Shown here one piece after another: positions 21,062-30,773 of a stretch of DNA of 64,000 bases. This stretch comes from Nitrospirales bacterium (GTDB taxonomy: Bacteria; Nitrospirota; Nitrospiria; Nitrospirales; UBA8639): NCBI GenBank assembly GCA_963555755.3, contig OY820905.2, positions 2,528,001 through 2,592,000 of the forward strand, in the 5' to 3' direction. Each line of letters begins with the position of its first letter. The first letter of the stretch is position 1. The translations under genes and the position numbers were made by a program. Under the pieces are notes generated by a model, which searched no databases, had not been told where the DNA came from, and saw nothing but the letters and a program-made list of their open reading frames with translations.

Positions 21062-21690
21062 TTTTTAATTTCTAAAAGAATAAACATGCCCAACATAAAT
21101 GATTTGCAGTTGACTATGGTCATACCCGCTTCCCGAACATCATCATCAAAATTGGAAATCGCGTTGGTTGTGGTTTGAGTGATAACCCAAGTAAGAAGCC
21201 GCATAGGTAACCTGAATGCATAGTACAAACATTTGGCTAAAATATTTTCTGGAATCATTTCATCGCCAATAAGAACTTTCCCCCCATTTCTTAAAATTCT
21301 TTTGATTTGCTTCAATACATGAATCCGTTCCGCGCGAGTCAGTTCGCTGAAAGCAAGAGTGCTCAAAATAATATCGAATGACTCATCTCCTAAATGCTCA
21401 TCGAGGTTACCAAGGCTAATATTCAGGTAGGTTGCTGAGGGCGAATTTCTCTTTGCCACAGCAAGCATGCCGCTATTGGCATCCACGCCCGTCACCACGG
21501 CTCCTCGCTCGATACACATTTGGGCCAGAGTTCCGGTGCCACAACCCAGATCGAGAACTTGATTTCCGGGGTGAATGTGTTCGGCGATTTGCATTTTAAT
21601 TTTCGTCAACGTTCCCAGAGTCAAAAGACTCATCCCTAGATCGTAACGTTCAGGACGGGATTCAAGAATTTTCATGTACACAAACGACAT
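21058..21690 (-). CDS. Class I SAM-dependent methyltransferase coupled to the corrinoid protein
   Basis: MSFVYMKILESRPERYDLG, VLDLGCGTG, GVDANSGML, ESFDIILS; ATGA overlap with the hgcA-like start. Confidence 0.9.
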   Translation of the reverse strand: MSFVYMKILESRPERYDLGMSLLTLGTLTKIKMQIAEHIHPGNQVLDLGCGTGTLAQMCIERGAVVTGVDANSGMLAVAKRNSPSATYLNISLGNLDEHLGDESFDIILSTLAFSELTRAERIHVLKQIKRILRNGGKVLIGDEMIPENILAKCLYYAFRLPMRLLTWVITQTTTNAISNFDDDVREAGMTIVNCKSFMLGMFILLEIKK

Positions 21691-21813
21691 TAAAAAGACC
21701 TTCAACAAGTATTCAGAGTTTAAAAAACAAGAATAGTTGTAAACTTGACCACCCAAACCGTTGATCCTAAGCCTATAATGCAAATAGACTTTATGCGTTT
21801 CCCACACCTGCTT

Positions 21814-23857
21814 AGGACCCGCGAGAAAATAACTTGATCAATATCGCGCCAAGATTTGGGTCGGATTTGGACGGAACGATTGAGAAAAACTCGAGGCATA
21901 GCACAGCTATGGTGAGGGTTTTTCGATTGAGGCCCGTTCAAAGATGGCCCGACGGATCTTCCCCCGAGTTTTGGGCGGATTTTTGGCTCTAACCTTTTGA
22001 TGTCATTGAAGAAGTCACGGTTTGGGCGAGGCCACGTCTCTGCCTACACATGCACCTTGGCTGGCCGTGTGGTGGTGGCAGGCGGGGTGATCCCCAATGC
22101 GGCAAAGATGGTTGCCTGCCTAGCATCGGGGCGAGCCAGCTGAAGCACCTCCTGCCCGCCGATTGCATGGCGTTGGAAACACAATCGTGACAGGGCCCCC
22201 AGGGCGTCTTGAAGGGTCAGCGCCTGGGCGCTCTGCTCCGTCGTCCCAAACGCCTCCTTCAGGCCTCGCTCGCCTTCCCGGGCCACTTTCAGGGCGAGCA
22301 TCGCGGCAAAGACATGGCCACGCGTGCGGCTCTCCTTCCGCACAAAGATGGGGCGCAGTTCGAGCAAGCCCGTCTTCATCGTCCGGAAGTCGCGTTCCAC
22401 CCGTTGCAGGTCCCGGTACCGGGCATCCACCGTCGCGGCATCCATCGTGTCCCGAGCCACATCGGTTTCCAGCACCGAACAGCCATCCAACAGGGCCGCC
22501 TCGGCCTGCTTGGCCTCATCAATCTCGACCACAAGCTGGGTCCCCTGCAGGGCGAGGGTGGTGAAGGCGGAGAGCTTGTGCTTCTTGGCCCACTGGGTCA
22601 GCTGCCGCTGTCCCGCCGCCGGGGTGGCCCGCTTGGCCTTCTGGACAAACGCATTGCGCGCCGCGACCTTCTGCTGCAGTGTGGCCACTTTGTCCTGACG
22701 TCGCGTGGCCACCGTGTGGCGCAACGCCTCATTCCGCCGCAGGATCAGCCGACGAGACCCATCCTCCACTTCCTGTATCGTCTCATCAAACAAATTGAGT
22801 TGGAGCACATCTTTCTTCAGCAAGGTGCGAATCTGCGGGTCAGTGAGGGCGGTGAGGGCGGTGAGGTACTTGAGTCCCTGCTCGGTGAGGGCCGCCTTGC
22901 CTGCGGCTTTCACCATCCCCCGATCCCCCACACACACGACGTCGGTGATCTTGAACTGGGTCTTGATCCGTTCAATCTGCTCGGCGACCGTGCGGGGATC
23001 CGCCGTATTCCCCTTGAACACCGTGACGGCCAGCGGCTCACCATCCGGCCCTGTCAGCAACCCAATCACAATCTGCTTCTTGTGCTTCTTGCCGTCCCGG
23101 TTATAGCCATACGCCGCCAGCTCATTCTTCTCCCCCTCAAAATAGGAGGAGGTCACGTCATAGAGCACCAAGACCGGTGGCTGGCCGGTCCGCTGGACAG
23201 AGGCCCGATACAGTTTCTTCTCGATGGCTTCTTGTTGGATGCCCAACCAGTCTAAGGCCTCGTACAGGTCATTCTCGTCAAAGGCGGGCAATCCCAACAC
23301 CTCAGCGACCGCATGATCGGTGGCCCACCGCACGGCTGACAGCCGCGAACCCTGATGAGCCACTCGTGCCAGCACCAGGAACAGGGCGAGCTTGGCTACT
23401 CGTTTCGGACCCAAGGCCGACACCACTCCCACCCGTTGGGCCACCGCTTTCAGGGCGAAGAGGACGCCAAAGATCCGATCACTCACGGGGCCCGCCTCGT
23501 CTTCCGTTCCATCGAAATCCCCACGGAGGCAGCGCTTGAGCGCGTCTACGCGAGCCGGAGGCCACGAGGTCAGATTGGCCAGGGTCCGGGTCTTCACCTT
23601 GCCGCCCGCTCGGTAGCTTTCGCGCAATAAAATGGCGGGCGGGGAGGTGCGGTTAGGAACGGTGGCGATATACATGCTTTATGTATAGCATAAATAAAGC
23701 ATTATAGTCAAGATAAAACAACAATTACATGCCTACATTACAGAGAGCAATCCAATCTTTCCCTGAAGAATTCCAACAGCTTAGGTGGCAAACATGGGGG
23801 GAAGATCCGCCCGAAGATTGGATGCGAGATTGACCAAGTTATTTTCTCGCAGGTCCT
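21814..23857. mobile_element. MITE (~200 bp) carrying a nested IS1634-family element (~21963-23798)
   Basis: TIR AGGACCYGCGAGAAAATAACTTGRTCAAT at both ends; inner ends CCCGAGTTT / AAACATGGG. Confidence 0.8.
22044..23675 (-). CDS. IS1634-family transposase
   Basis: MYIATVPNRTSPPAILLRESYR..VKTRTLANLT, LYDVTSSYFEG, GYNRDGK, GDRGM, YRDLQRVERDFRTMK. Confidence 0.92.
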   Translation of the reverse strand: MYIATVPNRTSPPAILLRESYRAGGKVKTRTLANLTSWPPARVDALKRCLRGDFDGTEDEAGPVSDRIFGVLFALKAVAQRVGVVSALGPKRVAKLALFLVLARVAHQGSRLSAVRWATDHAVAEVLGLPAFDENDLYEALDWLGIQQEAIEKKLYRASVQRTGQPPVLVLYDVTSSYFEGEKNELAAYGYNRDGKKHKKQIVIGLLTGPDGEPLAVTVFKGNTADPRTVAEQIERIKTQFKITDVVCVGDRGMVKAAGKAALTEQGLKYLTALTALTDPQIRTLLKKDVLQLNLFDETIQEVEDGSRRLILRRNEALRHTVATRRQDKVATLQQKVAARNAFVQKAKRATPAAGQRQLTQWAKKHKLSAFTTLALQGTQLVVEIDEAKQAEAALLDGCSVLETDVARDTMDAATVDARYRDLQRVERDFRTMKTGLLELRPIFVRKESRTRGHVFAAMLALKVAREGERGLKEAFGTTEQSAQALTLQDALGALSRLCFQRHAIGGQEVLQLARPDARQATIFAALGITPPATTTRPAKVHV

Positions 23858-24161
23858 TACTCTTAATATGTCTTCAGAAACGGAACTCATTTCGCAGCAT
23901 TCCTATAATTTTCCGTCCACGGCGATCGCGGGAATCCTTTCAATTCCGTACAGGGCCGCCTTATGTTGAATGTCCTTATTAGGGTCCTTGGTTAAATCAT
24001 AAATAACGACCTCACACGATGGACAAGCCAAACTTTTCACAAGGTCCACCGTTGACTCACAAATGGGACAACCACTTGTAAAAACCTCAACAGTTCTTTT
24101 TCGCATGATGTGGTCTCAATTATAAAAGTGATAATTATTTCAAATTCATAACGGAATATAT

Positions 24162-24872
24162 TTAAGCGGTGATACTTTTTTTATGCTCTAAATAAAATTC
24201 TTTCATCTCTTTGTTAGCCGATATCGTGGTTGCAAGGTTTGTCAAGAAAGAATCTATTTCTTTGCAGTTGAGTGTGGCCAGAATGTGGTCATCACTGACT
24301 TCGGTGAAAGTCCGCATTCCAGTGCAACCTAAGGACATGCCAAAAGGCGAATTATCCAAGGTGGTTGGAATCACCGCGCAAGCCGGACGACCCAACGCCA
24401 TGGATTGCATGCTTTCAGACCATTTGCAGCATCCCAAAACTTCGTTGTAAATCATCGCCTGTGAAGGCTTTAACCACATCAGGATCAATTGGGGCTCAAC
24501 CGGAAAATCTTTTAACGGTCCATACACCACACCAGCTTTTTTCTCTTTAATGGTTGGGATATGTGCTGGCTCATCTTCTGACAGGTAAGAACATTCACAC
24601 ATTTTTTTCACCAAACCACCCAGTTGTTCCTGTACCTCTTTGGGCATCTCGAACCCCAACACCATGGCTCCTATCGGACAGTTAAAATGCTTGGCTGCCG
24701 GCGCATAGAACGTTTTTTTCTCTGCGACTCGCCAAAATGTACAGAACGAGGGGAATTCGCCTTCGATAGACTCCACTCCCTGCGGTTGATCATCAACAAG
24801 GGCCATCGCTACCGGGGCAATTTCAAGCCCAAATGCTGATGTGATTTCCTGATTCGTTTTTGCATTATCCAT
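24162..24872 (-). CDS. DUF169-family protein (Cys-containing)
   Basis: PVAM..SFCTFW..FNCPIGAMVLG..YGPL..P.Q.M..RPACA..SLGCTGMRTFT pattern. Confidence 0.8.
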   Translation of the reverse strand: MDNAKTNQEITSAFGLEIAPVAMALVDDQPQGVESIEGEFPSFCTFWRVAEKKTFYAPAAKHFNCPIGAMVLGFEMPKEVQEQLGGLVKKMCECSYLSEDEPAHIPTIKEKKAGVVYGPLKDFPVEPQLILMWLKPSQAMIYNEVLGCCKWSESMQSMALGRPACAVIPTTLDNSPFGMSLGCTGMRTFTEVSDDHILATLNCKEIDSFLTNLATTISANKEMKEFYLEHKKSITA

Positions 24873-25150
24873 GTTCGCCTCCCAAAACTAGGGTTTTAAA
24901 GGGTGGGTAATTCCTATCGCACCATTGATAATTTTTAAACTTGCTATTCCCCGTAGCTAGCTACGGAGTGACCAATGAGGCCTGCCCTGAGTCATATCGA
25001 AGGGTCCCCCCTTTGGAAAATCCCCCCATCCCCCCTTTTGCAAAGGGGGGCAAGGGGGGATTTAGGATTCCGATTTTCCATTAAATACCCCGTCAGCTTG
25101 CTGCGGGGATCTTCATATCGCTTAGAGGCTCTTTCAAAAGAAAAAGTTTT

Positions 25151-25561
25151 TTATAGCTCTCTCCCTGATTCGAAACTGCAAAGGATGGGACAGTCGCCCG
25201 TGAGCGTTGCTTCTTGGCATTGGTGAATCATTTGCTTTAAAACCTTTTTCATAGAGTTGAGGCCTTTGATTTTCTGATCCACTTCGTCCAGTTTTGTTTG
25301 CGTTTTTGCCAAAACCGATTCACAACTTTCGTTTTTTTTAACCCGCAATTTCAGAAGTTGCAGAATCTCATTAAGCGTGAATCCCAACTTTTTCGCATTT
25401 TGAATAAAACGAATTCTGGCGGCATCTTCCTTGGAATAGAGTCGATAACCGACTTCGGAACGTTTGGGAGGGTCGATCAGCCTCCTCTTTTCGTAATACC
25501 GCAACGATTCGATATTGACCCCGCATTCCTTTGCCAATTTACTTCGTGTCATCGTCACCAT
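25151..25561 (-). CDS. merR: MerR-family heavy-metal regulator with Hg(II)-type Cys triad
   Basis: HTH SLRYYEKRRLI..RSEVGYRLY; C80, C115 and C124 have the same 35/9 spacing as Tn501 MerR C82/C117/C126. Confidence 0.85.
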   Translation of the reverse strand: MVTMTRSKLAKECGVNIESLRYYEKRRLIDPPKRSEVGYRLYSKEDAARIRFIQNAKKLGFTLNEILQLLKLRVKKNESCESVLAKTQTKLDEVDQKIKGLNSMKKVLKQMIHQCQEATLTGDCPILCSFESGREL

Positions 25562-25581
25562 ATTTTTCTCCTAATGTATAG

Positions 25582-25613
25582 AACCTACACCCTGTACCAC
25601 AGTACAGGGTCAA
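25582..25613 (-). promoter_or_regulatory. MerR-type promoter/operator driving merR and downstream genes
   Basis: Minus strand TTGACC-20 bp-TAGGTT containing the perfect dyad ACCCTGTAC-TGTG-GTACAGGGT (GTAC-N4-GTAC). Confidence 0.9.
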
Positions 25614-25626
25614 GGGGAAATTAGGA

Positions 25627-27213
25627 CCCAAGATCCGCGATGGGTTTGGTCAACAGAGGTCCTTTGGCAAAACCCACGTGTTCGCGCCGTTGCTTAGTCA
25701 ATGGTCTGGCTGGATTTGAGCCACCTCCCAGAGTTGCCTGTCCTGACATGGGATCGACCAGCCTTTTGGGCAGACCACTCCCTTCCTGCTTCCTTCTTCT
25801 CTTGTGCTGTCCCCTGCCCCGGCTTAATAAGGCTGGGCAGCTTCTGCACAGCGCGTCCGAATCTCCTCACACAAGCCCCACAGCTGTTGTTGCACTTTGA
25901 GGATCACGGCACCAGCATGCCGGACCACTTTGCCCGCCACCTGATACAGCCGCCAACGCACCGTGCGCACTTGGCACTGGCTCCAGGCATAGGGCAACGC
26001 CAACAACTTGAACAACACAAACAGGTTGTAGGCTAACACGCCAATGCGAAAGAAGACGGCATTGGCCGCGAAGGTCCCACACGGAAGCCGTTCCATGCCA
26101 AAGCCACTCTTCAGTTCTTTGATGCGATTCTCGCTGGTCTCGCCCCGCTGGTTGTACCATCGTACAATCTCCTCAGGGGTTCCATCTCGGTTCGTCGCAA
26201 TCAGCGTGTAGCGCAGGCTGGGGGCCTCGGGGGCAAACAGATCCTGTTGCACGGGCCGTCGCAATACGATGAGGCGAAAGGCTTGCTTGGTCTTCGCCAT
26301 ACAATGTACCGTTTCAGCGAGATGGCCATCTCGGTAGGGTTGCCACTGGCTCTCAGGGATGGCGGCAATGACGGCCTGCACGGCCGTATCCTGCACGCCC
26401 CCAATCGCAAACGTCACGTTGTGCTCCTCGCACCAATTGAACAACTCCGCTTGGTACGCCGCACTATCCGCCCGCACATGAGCAATCCGTTTGCCTTTGG
26501 GCATCTGCGCCGCACACGCCTGGGTGAATTCAAGATTGCGGGACGCCGGAGCCTCATTCCCTTCACGAAACTCCTCCCCAAGCACCAGCCCATTTTCCGC
26601 CAGGTGCCCCAGCATCGGCAGATAGCCTCGCTCCCCCTTGTACGTCCATTTGGCTGCCTGCTTCTCCGCGACAATCTGCGTGGCATCAAGATCGAGGGTA
26701 TAGTCCGTGCGCGGTTCCCGCTTCAACGCCCGCCGGATCTGCTGCTGATTGACGACGGCTAAACTTGCTAAACCATCCTTCTCCCCCATGCGTCGCAGCC
26801 AATCGCCCGTGGCATCGGCACTGGGAACCACGGGGAGTCGCAGCACGGCCCGCAAGCCCGCATCCTCGCGAATCTGGCGCAGATCCTCCAGCGTCCGGCC
26901 CCCGCCATGCAACATCAGCAGCAGGGGCTCGACAAATTGGGCGGGGTGATAGCCGATGCGGCTCCCGGGCGCGGGCAAGGCCGCATTGAGTTGCCGGGGC
27001 ACATTCATGGCTTGGAGAAACTCCCCGAACAGCGCCAGCCCGCCATGAGCGGTGAGCTGTTCGTCGGTGGGCTCAAGCTTGAACGGAAGAACGGTTTGTG
27101 GCATCATTCGTTTCACCTCGTTGGTGAGGAGTGGCTAAGGGGGTGGGCACCCGTATCTTAGCAAATCAACGAGGTTTTTTTATGCCCAAAATAAATCCAT
27201 CGCGGATCTTGGG
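25627..27213 (-). mobile_element. Complete IS1380-family insertion sequence
   Basis: Perfect 17-bp TIR CCCAAGATCCGCGATGG; 5-bp target duplication TAGGA. Confidence 0.95.
25824..27116 (-). CDS. IS1380-family transposase
   Basis: LTAHGGL, TLDLDAT, TYKGERGYLP, RADSA, YNQRGETSENRIKELK. Confidence 0.93.
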   Translation of the reverse strand: MKRMMPQTVLPFKLEPTDEQLTAHGGLALFGEFLQAMNVPRQLNAALPAPGSRIGYHPAQFVEPLLLMLHGGGRTLEDLRQIREDAGLRAVLRLPVVPSADATGDWLRRMGEKDGLASLAVVNQQQIRRALKREPRTDYTLDLDATQIVAEKQAAKWTYKGERGYLPMLGHLAENGLVLGEEFREGNEAPASRNLEFTQACAAQMPKGKRIAHVRADSAAYQAELFNWCEEHNVTFAIGGVQDTAVQAVIAAIPESQWQPYRDGHLAETVHCMAKTKQAFRLIVLRRPVQQDLFAPEAPSLRYTLIATNRDGTPEEIVRWYNQRGETSENRIKELKSGFGMERLPCGTFAANAVFFRIGVLAYNLFVLFKLLALPYAWSQCQVRTVRWRLYQVAGKVVRHAGAVILKVQQQLWGLCEEIRTRCAEAAQPY

Positions 27214-27311
27214 TAGGAATTTTTTATTTTTAAAGGATGGAAAAGGAATTAGTCTCGAAAAAAATTTGGGAAACTCGGCTATGTAAGGTTCTCTAATCGG
27301 TAAAAAAAATA

Positions 27312-27367
27312 TGGTGGGTCGTCGAAGGATCGAACCCCGGTCCCACTGATTCAGAGTTAGCTGCTCT
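27312..27367 (-). pseudogene. Degenerate tRNA-Lys 3' fragment; att-like site 2
   Basis: Minus strand AGAGCAGCTAACTCTGAATCAGTGGGACCGGGGTTCGATCCTTCGACGACCCACCA, followed by ~45 bp also shared with 15619-15663. Confidence 0.75.
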
Positions 27368-27744
27368 TTCCTCAATCCTGAGAAAGGTCATTCATCATTT
27401 TCCAAACACACTGGCCCTGCTGGTGCCAACAGACGACGGTCTCGGGCAATTAACCTGTTAGCACGAAACGGGCACGTATCGTGACTCTCAAATCCCCCTC
27501 AAAAACGGGAACATGTTGCAAAGTTCAAAACAAGGTGTATGTTGAAAGCAGGGCAGAGGATTGGTGTCACTATGACGAACAATGAAACGGATTCTCCAAG
27601 AGGAACCAGGATCTTTCATGGATTCGTTGTGAGGCATGGACGGATGACCCTCCAACCTTGACCCCACTTGGTTCACCGCGACGCACTCAGCTCCGAATGC
27701 CAAGTTAAGCTCTACGTAGAAGAAAATACCCGAGGTCTTCCCGA

Positions 27745-30594
27745 ATGAAATCCGTATTGAATATCGTTCTGTTTGCGGTGTGTGGTGGTCTCGTGGCCAT
27801 GAGTCCTCTGGCTATTTCCTGGGAAGACAGCCTCTATGATCAGCGCATGATCTGGTGGGTCGAGCGCCATCCCCGCAGCGCAGAGATCGTGTTGATCGGG
27901 TTAGACCAGCCCCCACGGGACTATGTGTGCGGGAGTTTTTCGACCCGCGATCAACCCACCGCCCATACGCCACTGGCCGGCATGCTTGAGGCCCTGGACA
28001 AGCTATCCCCAAAGGCCGTGGCACTGGCGTTTCATCTACCGGACTGTGAGGCCCTTAAGCATCTGGGCGCAAAGTTGGCCCCCCTGCGAAATCGAGGCAT
28101 TCCGCTGGTATTGATTCCCCCGAAACCGACATCCGGTGAACGCAATATTCCCAGGACCCTGTTACTCCAATCTCTGCACATCGAAGACGACCCCGACTGG
28201 TATCGTGTCCAGTATGGCGATACGTTATCGACGATGGCCCAACGATTTCGCACAACGGTGGCCACACTCAAGGCCTTGAATCAATTATCAGACGATACGA
28301 TTCACATCGGACAGCGACTGCGGGTCAGTCAAAGAGCGGAAGGATTATCGTCCCCTCCCCCCGTCATGCACATGACGGCGATTGGCTCCCTCCAGGTGAA
28401 GACACATACCGCACCAGACGGGATCCTCCGAACGGTGGCATGGTCAGGCTCCAGTGTCCCTCCCGTCGGATCCGTCCTGGCCGATCTTCTGTCACCCGGC
28501 GGAGATACCCCCACGGACTCCACCCTCCGACTTCCTTCCGGAATTCCGGAGAACCGGACCTGGCACATTGCCTATAGTGAACCCTGGGACGGGACACCCC
28601 GACCGTTTCACTATCAATCTCTCGACAACTTTTCCGCCCTGGACGAACGGGCGAAGGAAGTCCTCATCACAGATAAGGTAGTGATCCTCTTCGACGCGAC
28701 TGAAGAGTTTCAGGTCCGCACGCCGCGTGATGAACGCGTCCCCCGGGCCTATATCCATGCACAGCTACTGCTCAATCGTTTGACGGGGATGACCATCACG
28801 ACGGCCCCCCCGTGGCAGACCGTGTGTCTGGTCCTTCTCGGCAGTGTCGCCATGGTGAGTCTGTATCGATTCAAGCATTACAGACGATGGAGCGACAGCA
28901 CCCCGGCCATCATCTGGTTGTATCCTCTCGGCTGGGCACTGCTGCTGGCCCTGATCTATGGACTGGGTCAGTACAAGGCGTTTCTGATGGCGCAGTACAT
29001 GGTCCCGGTCATCCCACCACTGGTGGCTATCGGCATCGCCGCTATAGGGGTCGCCATCCTCACGTGGCAACAGTCCTTTGCGCGCCTGGCCTCCCGGATG
29101 GAAGGCATGCAATCGGAACGGGATGCCATGCTCGATGAACGCGCCCGTTTACTTGAGACGGCGGAGGGGAATACGGAAGAGGTTCTGGAAATGAATCGCC
29201 AGTTGCATGAGAAAGATGCCGCCATTCTGCTCCTCAAAGTCGAGCAGGAACGACAGAAAAATATTCAACGAAAATTCCTTCCCCACACCGTTGCCCTGAC
29301 GCCATTACAGGATGCCGACATGGCCACGTTACAGCAGCAGGCTGCCGCCATGGGTATTCTGACCCGGGACGAGGGGATGTTACGAGCCTTTAACCAGCTT
29401 CAACAACTGGCCAATATTCCCAAGGCCCCCGTCTATATTTTCGGGGAAACGGGAACAGGGAAGGAACGGTACGCGAAGGCCCTCCACCTCTTGAGTGACC
29501 GCGCCAAAGGTCCGTTTGAAACCATCAACATGGGGGAACTCACCGGAGACAAACTCCTGGCGCGGCTGTTTGGACAGGAGAAAGGCGGGTTCACAGGTAT
29601 TGAAAGCCGCCAAGGTCTGTTTCACCTGGCGGATCAAGGCACTCTGTTCCTCGATGAAATTGCCAATCTCGACACGGAAGGGCAGCGCCAGATATTGCGG
29701 GTGTTAGAGAATGGCAGCTTTACCCCGCTTGGCGGAAGGGCCGCGGTGGTCACCGATGTGCGTCTGGTCATCGCCACGAATAAAAACCTGAAAAAAGAAT
29801 GGGCTGCCGGACGATTCATGGAGGATCTGTACCACCGTCTGACGCGTGGCGGGATCATCAGGCTCATTCCGTTACGGAATCGTGCCAGGGACGATCTCCA
29901 GCTACTGGCCGAATCGCTTCTCACCAACCATTGTCAGACCATCTCGCGTCTTCCTGTTCCCCGGCTGACGGAAGAGGCGCGGGACTGGATTCTCACGCAA
30001 CCCTGGCCCGGGAATATTCGCGAGCTGGATGGCGTCTTGTTCCGAAGCCTCCTGGCCAACCCGGACGCGTTGACGATTCAACAGGAGCATCTGGTGCACG
30101 CGGTCGATACCGACGTCACCCCCGCCCCGGGTGAACACGCTGCACCACCCACGGGTCCGGCCCTGTCCCCCGTCGTGCCTGACCCGTTCACCACCCCGAT
30201 GTCGGATGAACAGTTCATGGAATTGTTCTGTCAGTATCAGGGAGCCATCGGCGAGGTGGCGGAGCATCTGGGGTTGCACCGGGACCGTGTCCGGTTACGG
30301 GTGAAGGGATTGGCGTTGGAGGCCATGTGTCAGGGTGCGGGCCCCGACCACGAACAGAGTTGTGAGCGGATGCTCCGGGGCCATTCCCTATCCCGTGCGT
30401 CCCGGCGAAAGCTGGAGAAGAAATTGCAAGGATACTGGGAGACGTTCGTGAAAACCTGTCAGGACTGGACCTCACCGGAAGATGTCATGACCGCCATCTG
30501 GCAACAAAATGAGAATATGCCCTCCCGCAAACACTATCTCCGTGACCTGGACGCCTTCATCCAGCGACACTATTCCTCCCTGAGGGGCTGTTGA
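27745..30594 (+). CDS. Membrane one-component sigma-54 activator: CHASE2-like sensor with inserted LysM, 3 TM helices, coiled coil, AAA+ domain, HTH
   Basis: IVLIGLD..PKAVAL..DGILR..DKVVIL..TP..YIHAQLL (CHASE2); YRVQYGDTLSTMAQRF..LKALNQL..IHIGQRLRV (LysM); GETGTGKE, GGFTGI, TLFLDEI, WPGNIREL. Confidence 0.88.
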   Translation: MKSVLNIVLFAVCGGLVAMSPLAISWEDSLYDQRMIWWVERHPRSAEIVLIGLDQPPRDYVCGSFSTRDQPTAHTPLAGMLEALDKLSPKAVALAFHLPDCEALKHLGAKLAPLRNRGIPLVLIPPKPTSGERNIPRTLLLQSLHIEDDPDWYRVQYGDTLSTMAQRFRTTVATLKALNQLSDDTIHIGQRLRVSQRAEGLSSPPPVMHMTAIGSLQVKTHTAPDGILRTVAWSGSSVPPVGSVLADLLSPGGDTPTDSTLRLPSGIPENRTWHIAYSEPWDGTPRPFHYQSLDNFSALDERAKEVLITDKVVILFDATEEFQVRTPRDERVPRAYIHAQLLLNRLTGMTITTAPPWQTVCLVLLGSVAMVSLYRFKHYRRWSDSTPAIIWLYPLGWALLLALIYGLGQYKAFLMAQYMVPVIPPLVAIGIAAIGVAILTWQQSFARLASRMEGMQSERDAMLDERARLLETAEGNTEEVLEMNRQLHEKDAAILLLKVEQERQKNIQRKFLPHTVALTPLQDADMATLQQQAAAMGILTRDEGMLRAFNQLQQLANIPKAPVYIFGETGTGKERYAKALHLLSDRAKGPFETINMGELTGDKLLARLFGQEKGGFTGIESRQGLFHLADQGTLFLDEIANLDTEGQRQILRVLENGSFTPLGGRAAVVTDVRLVIATNKNLKKEWAAGRFMEDLYHRLTRGGIIRLIPLRNRARDDLQLLAESLLTNHCQTISRLPVPRLTEEARDWILTQPWPGNIRELDGVLFRSLLANPDALTIQQEHLVHAVDTDVTPAPGEHAAPPTGPALSPVVPDPFTTPMSDEQFMELFCQYQGAIGEVAEHLGLHRDRVRLRVKGLALEAMCQGAGPDHEQSCERMLRGHSLSRASRRKLEKKLQGYWETFVKTCQDWTSPEDVMTAIWQQNENMPSRKHYLRDLDAFIQRHYSSLRGC

Positions 30595-30773
30595 AAAAAC
30601 ATGCCCTGAGTCTGGCCGAAGGGTCCGCCAGCGGCGTTCTCGGGCCTTTGCCGTGCTCACGTACTCACGTACGCTCCGCTCGCCAAAGCCCCTGCGGCCT
30701 TGCCTGTGGAAGGGCGAGTCTTGGCGCGCCTGGGTTGGGCGGGTCAGACAACGGGCCTTTTTGAACAGCCCCT
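30583..30773. repeat. REP/MITE family R2 variant overlapping the activator stop codon
   Basis: AGGGGCTGTTGAAAAA...TTTTTGAACAGCCCCT around the R2 core. Confidence 0.8.

Larger units (their letters stand above)
21791..24106 (-). pseudogene. Thioredoxin/glutaredoxin-like protein (CPIC, CPSC, CC), disrupted by an in-frame TAG and a nested insertion
   Basis: VEVFTSGCPIC..ACPSC..IPAIAVDGKL*ECCEMSSVSEDILR; the expected tail AGVGNA* lies beyond the insertion at 21791-21811. Confidence 0.75.
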
